Shown: positions 1 through 8,959, counted from the stretch's first letter. The stretch: 64,000 nt of DNA from Ignavibacteriales bacterium (GCA_003599415.1 QZKB01000012.1:2041-66040); one strand, 5' to 3'. Numbers and translations: made by a program. The notes: generated by a model from the letters alone, not told the origin.

Positions 1-1
1 C

Positions 2-307
2 TTTGCGCTTCGTTCTGCAGTTGAACAGGAAGATAAAAGAGCAACACTTTCATCGGTTTATTTAATAATATCATTTTTAACTGTGCCGTTCTTCATATTT
101 ATAATGCCCAGAATAATGACCGGTCTGCATCCTGGTTCTGCTGATGACACAAACTCCGGTCCGGTTGTAGATTTTAAGATGAATGCCAATATGATGCTGG
201 TCTTCTATTTATCGCTTGCGGCATTTACAATTCTTTACTTCTGGATGTGGAAGCTGAATTACAAATCAATTATACTTAATGAGAAGGCAAAACTGATTGA
301 AGAATAA
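2..307 (+). CDS. ccmC: CcmC-like heme exporter, C-terminal fragment (5' end outside window)
   Basis: Frame 2 is open from nt 2. It has hydrophobic helices and a His-containing loop (TGLHPGS) resembling the distal conserved His loop of CcmC. It lies directly upstream of ccmD/E/F-like genes. Confidence 0.55.
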   Translation, partial: FALRSAVEQEDKRATLSSVYLIISFLTVPFFIFIMPRIMTGLHPGSADDTNSGPVVDFKMNANMMLVFYLSLAAFTILYFWMWKLNYKSIILNEKAKLIEE

Positions 308-370
308 TCCGGTTCCGGATTTGATTTCGTTTTTAATCTGAAATAATTTAAAATAATAGATGGAGCAATA

Positions 371-523
371 GTGGACGGACTTTTTGGATTCTTAGAGAAG
401 AACTCAATTTATATAGTTCTTTTTATTGTCCTTGTGGTTTGGGCCGGCATTTTTATATTTTTACTTAACCTTGATAAGCGGTTAAAACAAGTTGAAAAGA
501 ACGTTAAAGGAGAAAAATCTTAA
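371..523 (+). CDS. ccmD: CcmD-like small single-pass membrane protein (50 aa, GTG start, below ORF-track cutoff)
   Basis: My translation is VDGLFGFLEKNSIYIVLFIVLVVWAGIFIFLLNLDKRLKQVEKNVKGEKS*. It has one TM helix followed by a basic tail. The stop abuts the ccmE ATG (524), and the ORF occupies the canonical ccmD slot between ccmC and ccmE. Confidence 0.5.
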   Translation: MDGLFGFLEKNSIYIVLFIVLVVWAGIFIFLLNLDKRLKQVEKNVKGEKS

Positions 524-916
524 ATGAAAAATAAATACATTTTCGGTGGGGCAATTATAGTTGTCTTTCTTGGCCTTATGATTTATTTGTTTACTCAGAC
601 GAATATTGATTACGAAAGTAATTTCGATAATGTTCAGGCAAAAGGAAAAACAGTTAAAGCTACCGGAAGCTGGGTAAAGGAAAGAAATTATAATATAGAT
701 TATTCAAACAATACTTTTACCTTTTACATGAAAGATACAAATGGCAAGGAAATGAAGGTGATCTACAATGGTACTATGCCAAACAATTTCGAGAATGCAA
801 CAAGCGTTGTAGTAACCGGCAAATACAAAAATGGCTGTTTCCATGCCTCGGATGTTTTAACCAAATGTCCATCCAAATACGAGGGCAAGCCGCAGATAAA
901 AACCAGCAGCTTATAA
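524..916 (+). CDS. ccmE: Cytochrome c maturation heme chaperone CcmE, CxxxY variant
   Basis: N-terminal membrane anchor, OB-fold-sized body, and a C-terminal tail ...DVLTKCPSKYEG aligning with the canonical ...VLAKHDENY heme-binding tail. It lies between ccmD-like and ccmF genes. Confidence 0.85.
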   Translation: MKNKYIFGGAIIVVFLGLMIYLFTQTNIDYESNFDNVQAKGKTVKATGSWVKERNYNIDYSNNTFTFYMKDTNGKEMKVIYNGTMPNNFENATSVVVTGKYKNGCFHASDVLTKCPSKYEGKPQIKTSSL

Positions 917-935
917 TTTTTAACCGGAGGAATTT

Positions 936-3329
936 ATGATTGGTAGTATAATACTTACCATTGCGCTAATTGCAAGCGCAGTGGCAATGATTATGTATTA
1001 TCTTTCTTTTAAAGGATACAGTAACACAATTAATATTGCAAGAATAAGTTACCATACTACTGTTGTTTTTGTTATTGCCGCCGCTTTCCTTTTGATGCAG
1101 GCAATCTTAACACACCAGTTTCAATATAAATATGTTTACGAATACAGTGGTAAAGGTTTACCGCTCGGATTACTTATTTCGACTTTTTATGCCGGGCAGG
1201 AAGGAAGTTTTTTCCTTTGGGCATTCTTTACTGCAATTATCGGTGTTATACTTCAGCAGTACTCGTCTAAACGGGGCGATCTTGAACCACGTGTTATGGC
1301 AGTTTATACTCTTGCCACAACATTTTTGCTTTTAATGATTTCACCTTTATTAAAAAATCCTTTTGCTTATATCTGGCTTGAAGATAATTTCATTACCGTA
1401 AAGAATATTAATCCGTCATTCCTTGGAATGCCGTTTATGCAGAACTTTATATTCTCCGATAATACAAACGGCCAGAATTTTGTTAAGATGGGTCCGCAGT
1501 TATATTCTCAGCTTGCAAATAGCGGAATAGCCATTAAAGATTTCATCATTCAGGGTAAAGGTTTAAATCCTTTGCTTCAGAATTTCTGGATGCAGATTCA
1601 TCCGCCTATGTTGTTTGTCGGGTTTGCAATGTCAACCGTTCCGTTTGCATTTGCATTAGCTGCATTAATGAAAAACGATTACAAAGAATGGGTTAAGCAA
1701 TCGCTTCCTTGGGTTTTATCTGGCGCTATGATTTTAGGTTTTGCAATTATGCTTGGCGGTTACTGGGCGTATGGTGTTTTAGGCTGGGGCGGCTACTGGG
1801 GCTGGGACCCGGTTGAAAATTCAAGTCTAGTTCCATGGCTTATCGGCGTTGCATCAATTCATACTTTGCTTGTACAAAGAAGAAGCATTAATAAAGATGG
1901 TAATGGAATTGGTGAATTTGCTAAAACAAATTTAATCCTGTGCATTCTTACTTATGTACTTGTTTTATACAGCACGTTTTTAACAAGAAGCGGAATTCTC
2001 GGCGATGCATCAGTACATTCATTCACAGATCCCGGTTATAGTGTTTACCTGTTCCTTGTAATTTTTATTGGAACATTTACTTTATTGGGATTCGGATTGC
2101 TCATTTACAGGTGGAAATTTTTATCAAAGCAAACAGAACAGTACAAAAATCTTTTAAATAGAGAACTTGCATTGTTTACCGGGGCAGTAACAATAATTGC
2201 CTCAGCGCTTATAGTTCTTGTCGGTACTTCAACTCCAATTTTTGGTACATCTGTAGAAATAAAATTCTATAGTGAATTGAATCTTCCTATTGCAATAATT
2301 ATCGGGCTGCTGAACGGATTGAGCCTTCTGCTTAAATGGAAATTTACAGACAGCAAAGAGATATTCAGGAAATCTGTTTTTGCTGTAAGCGCTTCAGTCG
2401 TTTTATCGGCTTTGGTTGTTATTGTGGGCGGAGTTTCTGATTTGATGATGATTCTTTTAACATTATCATCATCATTTGCTTTGTTTGTTAACCTTGAAAT
2501 TGTATATAAGATTATCCGTGGAAATCCTAAAATGATGGGCGCCTATATAGCTCATATCGGAATTGCGGTTTTTCTTCTTGGGGTTGTAGGATCAGGACAT
2601 TTTTCAAACCAGGTTGCTGTTCAGCTTCCAAAAGGTGAAACAAAAGAAGTGCTTGGTTATTCACTTACATTTACCGGTTATGAGCCATATGATAACGGTG
2701 CAAAATATAAATTCAATGTTGAAGTTAAAAAAGGAAATTCTTCAGCAGTAGTTTCACCGGTTATGTTTGTTTCTGACTTTAATAACAGTCTTATGCGTGA
2801 ACCTGATATCTGGCAGATGTTGACTAAGGATTTTTATATTGCTCCTTCAAGTTATGATGATGGAACCCAGTCTAAAGGCAACCAGGTAGCTTTGGAAAAA
2901 GGGTATTCAACTACTTTTGAAAATACAAAAATTACCTTCACCGGTTTTAATTTTCCTAAAGATGCAATGAACACAATGATGGGCGGCGGCGATTTCCAGA
3001 TTGGCGCTAAATTAACAGTTGAGTTCAATGGGCAATTAAAAGAAGTTGAACCTTTGATGAAAAATGTTAAAGGTAAACGTAATTTTATTCCTGTAGAAAT
3101 TAAGGAAGCAAATTTGAAAATTGAAATTGCCCAGCTTGATGCTTCGGGCAAGGTTAATTTGATTTTAACAAAGCTTAATGGAGAACAGGTAACCTCTGCT
3201 CCTAAAGAAATTCTTGCAGTTGAAGCAAGCGTTAAGCCGTTTATAAATTTAGTCTGGCTGGGTGTACTGCTTACAGTTGCAGGTTTCTTTGTTTCGGTTG
3301 TAAGAAGAACAAAGGAATCAAATAAATAG
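936..3329 (+). CDS. ccmF: Cytochrome c-type biogenesis protein CcmF (heme lyase/heme handling)
   Basis: Polytopic membrane protein with the WWD signature WGGYWGWDPVENSSLVPW and a long periplasmic C-terminal domain ending in a TM helix. Confidence 0.9.
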   Translation: MIGSIILTIALIASAVAMIMYYLSFKGYSNTINIARISYHTTVVFVIAAAFLLMQAILTHQFQYKYVYEYSGKGLPLGLLISTFYAGQEGSFFLWAFFTAIIGVILQQYSSKRGDLEPRVMAVYTLATTFLLLMISPLLKNPFAYIWLEDNFITVKNINPSFLGMPFMQNFIFSDNTNGQNFVKMGPQLYSQLANSGIAIKDFIIQGKGLNPLLQNFWMQIHPPMLFVGFAMSTVPFAFALAALMKNDYKEWVKQSLPWVLSGAMILGFAIMLGGYWAYGVLGWGGYWGWDPVENSSLVPWLIGVASIHTLLVQRRSINKDGNGIGEFAKTNLILCILTYVLVLYSTFLTRSGILGDASVHSFTDPGYSVYLFLVIFIGTFTLLGFGLLIYRWKFLSKQTEQYKNLLNRELALFTGAVTIIASALIVLVGTSTPIFGTSVEIKFYSELNLPIAIIIGLLNGLSLLLKWKFTDSKEIFRKSVFAVSASVVLSALVVIVGGVSDLMMILLTLSSSFALFVNLEIVYKIIRGNPKMMGAYIAHIGIAVFLLGVVGSGHFSNQVAVQLPKGETKEVLGYSLTFTGYEPYDNGAKYKFNVEVKKGNSSAVVSPVMFVSDFNNSLMREPDIWQMLTKDFYIAPSSYDDGTQSKGNQVALEKGYSTTFENTKITFTGFNFPKDAMNTMMGGGDFQIGAKLTVEFNGQLKEVEPLMKNVKGKRNFIPVEIKEANLKIEIAQLDASGKVNLILTKLNGEQVTSAPKEILAVEASVKPFINLVWLGVLLTVAGFFVSVVRRTKESNK

Positions 3330-3342
3330 AATATTTGTATTA

Positions 3343-3365
3343 GGGACGAGATTTATCTCGTCCTT
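3343..3365 (+). terminator. Stem-loop after ccmF (GGACGAGA-ttta-TCTCGTCC)
   Basis: 8-bp perfect stem 14 nt after the ccmF stop. The downstream tract is A/T-rich but not a clean T-run. Confidence 0.4.
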
Positions 3366-3474
3366 AATTAAACACACTCATTTTCCTAAAAAATCTTTCC
3401 TACTTTTTTCATGCAATTTTTCTATCTTATTCCCCGCATTGATTTTTATTCTGCAAAAAAGCTAAAGGTTTGAA

Positions 3475-5895
3475 ATGAACAAATTTTACATTTCCACTTT
3501 AATCCTGTTTCTCTTTTTTTACAATCCCTATTTCGCACAGGATAGTACTATCGTTGGTCCCGGTGTTGTTTACTATCATGATGAAATTATTGAAGGTGGT
3601 CCCTGGAATTTTGATATTCTTAAAATTGATCTCACAAATCCTTTCCTTCATATTGAATCTGTTAAAGCAAATGATAACCTGTTTTCATTTGAAAGAATGT
3701 CTTCTGCATCTAAACGGTATGACAAAGAAGGACATAAAGTTATCGGCGCAATCAACGGTGATTTTTACAATACTTCCACAGGTGAACCGACAAACATTCA
3801 GATTGTAAACGGCCAGGTTATTTATAAACCGATTGATCGCGTAGTGTTTGCTTTAGATGAGTTTAATAATCCTTTGATTGATATTTTTAATTACAGTGCT
3901 CAATTAATTCTTGATGACAATTCATATAGTATCCCTAACCTTAACCAGACATTCAGCAGCTCAAGCCTGAATTTATTCAATTCATTTTATGGAAGTGTTT
4001 CCAGAACTCCTTCAGGTACAAAGGAAATTACTTTTCAACCAATTAATAACTGGATGATAAATGATACGATGATGTGCATCGTTACAAAAAGTGATTCAAC
4101 TGGAAATACATCTTTGCCAAAAGGATTTTCAGTTATTTCCGGCAACAAAACAATTGCTCCATATTTAGGGAGTGTTCAGGTTGGTGATACGATTAAATTA
4201 CTGGTTAAAGTAAATCCATCCGTTACAAAATTAACCCAAGCAGTTGGTGGTAATGTAAGATTGGTAACCAACGGGGTAGTTAATAATGATAACGGCGACA
4301 GGCATCCGCGAACTGCAGTCGGATTCTCACAGGATTCGCTTACACTTTACTTTGTTACAGTAGATGGAAGACAGGCCGGCTGGTCAGTGGGAATGTCATA
4401 CTATGAACTCGGATCATATATGAAAAACAAATGGAATGTTTATCAGGGGATTAATCTTGACGGAGGTGGCTCGACTACTATTGTTGTAAGAGGTGAGGTA
4501 AAAAACAGGCCTTCCGACAGCGGTGGAGAACGTTCTGTTGCAAACGGATTGCTGCTTATAAGTTCTGCACCAACAGGCCCTCTTGCTCATGTTTTAATTT
4601 CGCCAAGGAATCTTTATTTGATCAAAGGCGGTTCTGCTAAATTCTCTGCAAAAGCTTATGATGAGTATTATAATCCTCTCACAATTTCAGGAACCCTAAA
4701 CTGGGGTTGTGATTCCAAACTTGGAACGATTGATGCCACAGGTAATTTAACTACGACCGCAGTTTCAGAGAATGGATATGTGTATGTTCAATTAGATACA
4801 ATTAAAGATTCTGTTCTTGTGCTTATCTCTTCCGTTACTAAAATTGATTTGACTCCTGACCCTGTTGTTTTGCAGGTTGGACAAACACAGCAGATGACTG
4901 CAAAAGCATATGATGCTTATGGAAATGTAGTTCAGATTTCTACTAATGGTTATGCCTGGAGTGTAGAAGGGAATGTCGGTTCAATTAATACCACAGGATT
5001 GTTTACTGCGGAAAATACCGGTGAGGGAAAAATAATTGTTAAGTATGAAGACGCCTCGGATACAGTTGAAGTTAAGATTGGCGTTGAACAATATTTTATT
5101 CTTGATGATTATTCCGGCGGACGAACTTATACTTTAAGCGGAACGAAAATAGATTTGACTGCCTGCGCTTTTACAATTGATCACTCTAAATATGTTTCAA
5201 TCCCATCTTCAGGCAGACTGGATTATTCGTTAACAACAGGCGGAACAAGCACTTTAAATATGACAAGCGATATCCCGATTTCCGGTACACCGGAAGCAAT
5301 CGGTGTTAATGTTTACGGAGACGGGAAAGGCCATTGGCTTAGATGTGAACTAAAAGACAAAAACAATAATAAATTTTTACTTGATCTTACTCCCGCTACG
5401 CCGGGGATTGATTGGACAAACGAATGGAAATATCTTGAGGTGGAATTGGCCAATGCAATTGCAAGCTGGGCTAATCCAAGTGCAGTTTTAACATTTCCAA
5501 TTTCAATAACTAAAATCTATCTTGCAGAAACCAGCGATACGAAAAAAGACCAGGGCAGTATTTATTTTGATGATCTGAAAGTACACTTTATTGCAACCGA
5601 TGTAGAAAATGAACAGGGTAAAATTGTGCCGGATAAATATGATCTTAAACAGAATTACCCCAATCCTTTTAATCCGAATACTTTAATTGAATATTCTGTA
5701 GCAAAGACTTCTAATATAGAGTTATCTGTATATAATGTCCTGGGTGAAAAACTTGATATGCTGATTAATAAAGAACATTCCCCCGGAAATTATAAGATTG
5801 AATGGAATGCCGGCAAATATTCTTCCGGAATTTATATTTGTAAATTATCCGCCGGAGATATTTCTTTATCAAGGAAGATGCAGTTGATAAAGTAA
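3475..5895 (+). CDS. Secreted phosphodiester glycosidase (DUF2233/NAGPA-like) with Big_2-like Ig repeats and T9SS C-terminal sorting domain
   Basis: Signal peptide. DUF2233-type motifs AINGDFYN, HPRTAVGF, LYFVTVDGRQ and INLDGGGSTT. Two Ig-like repeats (SAKAYDEYYNPL / TAKAYDAYGNVV). C-terminal NYPNPFNPNT...GIYICKL tail typical of Por_Secre_tail. Confidence 0.75.
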   Translation: MNKFYISTLILFLFFYNPYFAQDSTIVGPGVVYYHDEIIEGGPWNFDILKIDLTNPFLHIESVKANDNLFSFERMSSASKRYDKEGHKVIGAINGDFYNTSTGEPTNIQIVNGQVIYKPIDRVVFALDEFNNPLIDIFNYSAQLILDDNSYSIPNLNQTFSSSSLNLFNSFYGSVSRTPSGTKEITFQPINNWMINDTMMCIVTKSDSTGNTSLPKGFSVISGNKTIAPYLGSVQVGDTIKLLVKVNPSVTKLTQAVGGNVRLVTNGVVNNDNGDRHPRTAVGFSQDSLTLYFVTVDGRQAGWSVGMSYYELGSYMKNKWNVYQGINLDGGGSTTIVVRGEVKNRPSDSGGERSVANGLLLISSAPTGPLAHVLISPRNLYLIKGGSAKFSAKAYDEYYNPLTISGTLNWGCDSKLGTIDATGNLTTTAVSENGYVYVQLDTIKDSVLVLISSVTKIDLTPDPVVLQVGQTQQMTAKAYDAYGNVVQISTNGYAWSVEGNVGSINTTGLFTAENTGEGKIIVKYEDASDTVEVKIGVEQYFILDDYSGGRTYTLSGTKIDLTACAFTIDHSKYVSIPSSGRLDYSLTTGGTSTLNMTSDIPISGTPEAIGVNVYGDGKGHWLRCELKDKNNNKFLLDLTPATPGIDWTNEWKYLEVELANAIASWANPSAVLTFPISITKIYLAETSDTKKDQGSIYFDDLKVHFIATDVENEQGKIVPDKYDLKQNYPNPFNPNTLIEYSVAKTSNIELSVYNVLGEKLDMLINKEHSPGNYKIEWNAGKYSSGIYICKLSAGDISLSRKMQLIK

Positions 5896-5917
5896 AACTA
5901 TATTTATTTTAACACGG

Positions 5918-5937
5918 CCCTGGGATTTATCCCAGGG
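5918..5937 (+). terminator. Stem-loop CCCTGGGA-ttta-TCCCAGGG after the T9SS cargo gene
   Basis: Perfect 8-bp GC-rich stem 22 nt after the stop, followed by ttcgtttta. Confidence 0.5.
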
Positions 5938-5945
5938 TTCGTTTT

Positions 5946-6007
5946 ATTGAAACTCATTTTTTCGCCTTGATTTTCAAAATATATTTCTCAATTTTTTGAA
6001 CAGAAAA
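5946..6007 (+). repeat. Direct repeat copy 1 (~60 nt)
   Basis: attgaaactcattttttcgccttgattttcaa is identical over 32 nt to 6423-6454. Similarity continues with 2 mismatches for about 20 more nt. Confidence 0.9.
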
Positions 6008-6023
6008 TATCCTTGAATATCAT

Positions 6024-6206
6024 ATGAAGATAGATTCAAGAAAAATTAAAATCTTTGTTGTTAGTATTTGTGTTTTGTTTATTATAATTGATATGTTGGC
6101 GACAATTTCGACGCCTTATGAATTGCTAAGGATAATTTTTTATGGAATTGCTATTAATCTTTTATCGGATTTTATTACAAAAGTGAAAAGAAGAGGGAAA
6201 AAATGA
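6024..6206 (+). CDS. Hypothetical small membrane protein (60 aa)
   Basis: ORF with two hydrophobic segments and a basic tail. It overlaps the next ORF by 4 nt (ATGA). No recognisable family. Confidence 0.3.
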   Translation: MKIDSRKIKIFVVSICVLFIIIDMLATISTPYELLRIIFYGIAINLLSDFITKVKRRGKK

Positions 6207-6409
6207 ATTCCATTGATCTGATTACAGTGATATTTGCAATCATTATAATTCCGTCTTATGCTCTGTATCTATTTCAATTAAGAAAAGAGAATTTAAAGAA
6301 AGAAGATGATATTGAGATAAAATTTGAAAAACTTCTTGCAGCATTAAAGGAATATTCTAAGAATCATCCTGATCTGGCTTCAACATTAAATAAGTTGGGA
6401 TTATTATAG
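6203..6409 (+). CDS. Hypothetical small protein (68 aa); the tail resembles a truncated TPR_12 unit
   Basis: N-terminal TM helix. The C-terminal ...NHPDLASTLNKLGLL* resembles the HPxxAxSLNNLAxLY core of TPR_12 repeats but stops mid-repeat. Confidence 0.3.
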   Translation: MNSIDLITVIFAIIIIPSYALYLFQLRKENLKKEDDIEIKFEKLLAALKEYSKNHPDLASTLNKLGLL

Positions 6410-6422
6410 AACCCCATCATTC

Positions 6423-6484
6423 ATTGAAACTCATTTTTTCGCCTTGATTTTCAATATATATTTCCCAATTTTTGCGTTGAAAAG
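6423..6484 (+). repeat. Direct repeat copy 2 (~60 nt)
   Basis: See copy 1. The offset is exactly 477 nt. It lies immediately upstream of the PorV/PorQ-like gene. Confidence 0.9.
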
Positions 6485-6521
6485 TGCTAATCAAAACTGA
6501 TGTTCAACAGGAGTTTCTTTT

Positions 6522-7583
6522 ATGCTAAGGAATAGAAATTTAATATCTGGTTTCTTTCTCTTGCTCTTAATCTTACTCTTACTCGTTTTGCCTGTTCCTC
6601 AGCAGGCACAAACAGTTATTGGCAAGTATGCCGGTGAATTTATGGCAATTGGTGTTGGTGGTCGGTCAAGCGGAATGGGCGGCGCATTTGTGGCTGTGGC
6701 AAATGATGTTACTGCCGGGTACTGGAATCCTGCTGCACTTGCTAGTGTAAATTATCCGCAGATATCTTTAATGCACGAAGAGCACTTTGGCAATCTCGTT
6801 AACTATAATTATGGTTCAGTAGCTATTCCTTATGAAAAAGATATGAGTTTTGGTTTTAGTGTTATAAGGCTTGGTGTTGATGGAATTCCTGATACACGCA
6901 ACGCTGGTTGGGATGTAAATGGAGACGGAGTGATAGACCTTAGCAGTGGTGACAGAATTAAAACAGATTTGATTACAGAATTTAATACTTCTGACTGGGC
7001 ATTCTTTTTTACATTTGCAAAAAAATACTCTGATGATTTCTACTATGGTGCAAACGTAAAGTTTATTATCCGGGATATTGCAGAGTATTCTGCATATGGT
7101 GTTGGTTTTGATGTTGGCGCATGGTACACACCAATGGAAAAATTATATCTTGGTGCAAACTTGCAGGATATTACAACAACACTGGTTGCATGGAGCACCG
7201 GAAGAAATGAATTGATTACGCCTACTGCAAAAATTGGTGCAGCATATCAATTTGATTTTTCATTCGGAAGGATAATGCCTGCAGTTGATTTTGATGTTCG
7301 CTTTGAAAACAGAAAATTTGCCTCCCAGTTTAATATTGGTCCTGTAAGTTTTGATCCGCATTTTGGTTTGGAATATGGATTCAAAAACCTGTTTGCTGTA
7401 CGTGCCGGTTATAATGATGTAAAACAGTTTACAATTGGTGCAGGAGTAAAACTACCAAAGCTTAATATTGATTATTCATTTGCACGGTTTGCTATGTCAA
7501 AAGAAGACCGTCTGGATGATTCACATAGAATATCTTTAATTCTTACTTTGGAAGAACCAAGATTCCTCCGCAGTTCAGAGTAA
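6522..7583 (+). CDS. Outer-membrane beta-barrel, PorV/PorQ family-like (T9SS-associated)
   Basis: Signal peptide, then ...AGEFMAIGVGGRSSGMGGAFVAVANDVTAGYWNPAALA, the N-terminal signature I associate with PorV/PorQ-type barrels. Alternating beta-strand pattern with an aromatic-rich C-terminal region. Confidence 0.55.
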   Translation: MLRNRNLISGFFLLLLILLLLVLPVPQQAQTVIGKYAGEFMAIGVGGRSSGMGGAFVAVANDVTAGYWNPAALASVNYPQISLMHEEHFGNLVNYNYGSVAIPYEKDMSFGFSVIRLGVDGIPDTRNAGWDVNGDGVIDLSSGDRIKTDLITEFNTSDWAFFFTFAKKYSDDFYYGANVKFIIRDIAEYSAYGVGFDVGAWYTPMEKLYLGANLQDITTTLVAWSTGRNELITPTAKIGAAYQFDFSFGRIMPAVDFDVRFENRKFASQFNIGPVSFDPHFGLEYGFKNLFAVRAGYNDVKQFTIGAGVKLPKLNIDYSFARFAMSKEDRLDDSHRISLILTLEEPRFLRSSE

Positions 7584-7597
7584 TACAGATATAACAT

Positions 7598-8266
7598 TTG
7601 AATAAAAAATTCTTCTCAGACTTATTTAAAAGAAAAGCAAAACTTCAGGGAATAATTTCTAAATTATTTCTTCATCAGTTTATATTCCTTATACTTTATA
7701 CCTTTATACCATATGCCCTTTTTATTTTTTCCGGTTGTTCCTCAACTCCGGTTTCGGAAGTGAAGCCAGTTCCTAAAAGAGTCCTTGACGAATCACTTAC
7801 CGATAATATTGCTTATTCACAATCCAGTGATTTAACATTTAACATTCCCAAAGGTTGGTTTACAGCAGAAGATAATGACTGTAAATGTATTGATCTCTGG
7901 TTGATTCGTGATGACTTTTCTGCAACTCTTAATTTAGTAACCCTCACATTGGAGAATATTCCTAAGGATGAAGATGACATCCTTGACAGCTTGCTTCAGC
8001 ATAGCAAAAATGAAAAGAAAGCAAAACTGAAAAACTCTTTCAGGATTTTGGGTGAGGATAAATATTTTACAATTAACGAAAAAGAATTCGCTTCTTATCA
8101 GTATGAGGGAAATGAGAAACTTCCAATACAGGTTGTTGTATTCAGGTATCAGGATCATTTCTTTGAACTATCTGCTTTGCCTGCATCTGAAGTCGGCAAA
8201 GGTAAAGTTATATCTGAAGAACTCTTCAAAGTACAAAAGGCAGTGCTGACTTCAATTAACGAATAA
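7598..8266 (+). CDS. Hypothetical lipoprotein
   Basis: TTG start, hydrophobic leader ending in the lipobox-like LFIFSGC. No recognisable family. Confidence 0.5.
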   Translation: MNKKFFSDLFKRKAKLQGIISKLFLHQFIFLILYTFIPYALFIFSGCSSTPVSEVKPVPKRVLDESLTDNIAYSQSSDLTFNIPKGWFTAEDNDCKCIDLWLIRDDFSATLNLVTLTLENIPKDEDDILDSLLQHSKNEKKAKLKNSFRILGEDKYFTINEKEFASYQYEGNEKLPIQVVVFRYQDHFFELSALPASEVGKGKVISEELFKVQKAVLTSINE

Positions 8267-8280
8267 CCTTTTCCAGTATC

Positions 8281-8338
8281 CAGAATCCCTGCTTCGACGA
8301 GTAAAGCGAGGCGAGCCCGCTTCGACGAACGCGGAGAG
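8281..8338. repeat. GC-rich intergenic island flanked by 7-nt direct repeats CAGTATC
   Basis: CAGTATC occurs at 8274-8280 and 8339-8345. There is an internal 10-nt direct repeat GCTTCGACGA at 8291-8300 and 8319-8328. The composition contrasts sharply with AT-rich surroundings. Confidence 0.6.
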
Positions 8339-8443
8339 CAGTATCAAGCCTCCAGCCACTTCTTCTGTCTTCTGAAAATTTTTTTTATCTTGATAGCAAC
8401 ATTTTAACTTCCCGTGCATCTATACTATTAAAGCGAAAGCAGT

Positions 8444-8959
8444 TTGGAAAAATCATCTAAGAATATAATTGAGTTTACTCTTATTTATAACCGGACGAAA
8501 TCCCGGCTGTATTTTTATGTTCTTAAAATGGTTTTTGATAAAATGATGACAGAAGATATAATCCAGAATGTTTACCTGAAGTTCTTTGAAAATATGGATT
8601 TGCTAAGGAATAAAGAATTTGCAACAACCTGGCTTTATTCTACGGCAAGGAATGAAGTCTTTGATTATCTAAGAAAAAAGAAAATAAGAAAAACAGAAAT
8701 TATTTCAGATGAAGAAGAAGACGTTGTTTCCCCTTTGGATGTGGATATTGAATACGAAAGAATTGAATTGCGTTCTTTAATAATGAAAGAACTTGATAAA
8801 CTTCCTGAAGAACAAAGGGAAGTTTACCTGCTTAAAGAATACTCGGGATTGAAATACGAAGAGATTGCATCAATGCAGAAAATAGATGTTGAGCTTGTTA
8901 AAAGCAGGTTATTTAAAACAAGACAAAAGTTAATTAAAAGAATTTCAAAATTAGTTTAA
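8444..8959 (+). CDS. ECF-type RNA polymerase sigma-70 family factor
   Basis: Region 2 (EDIIQNVYLKFF...WLYSTARNEVFDYLRKK) and region 4 (EQREVYLLKEYSGLKYEEIA...VKSRLFKTRQKL). TTG start. Confidence 0.85.
   Translation: MEKSSKNIIEFTLIYNRTKSRLYFYVLKMVFDKMMTEDIIQNVYLKFFENMDLLRNKEFATTWLYSTARNEVFDYLRKKKIRKTEIISDEEEDVVSPLDVDIEYERIELRSLIMKELDKLPEEQREVYLLKEYSGLKYEEIASMQKIDVELVKSRLFKTRQKLIKRISKLV

Noticed and set aside
5946-6484. The two ~60-nt direct repeats as a CRISPR array.
   Set aside because: There are only two copies, 477 nt apart, the intervening sequence contains ORFs, and no cas genes are present.
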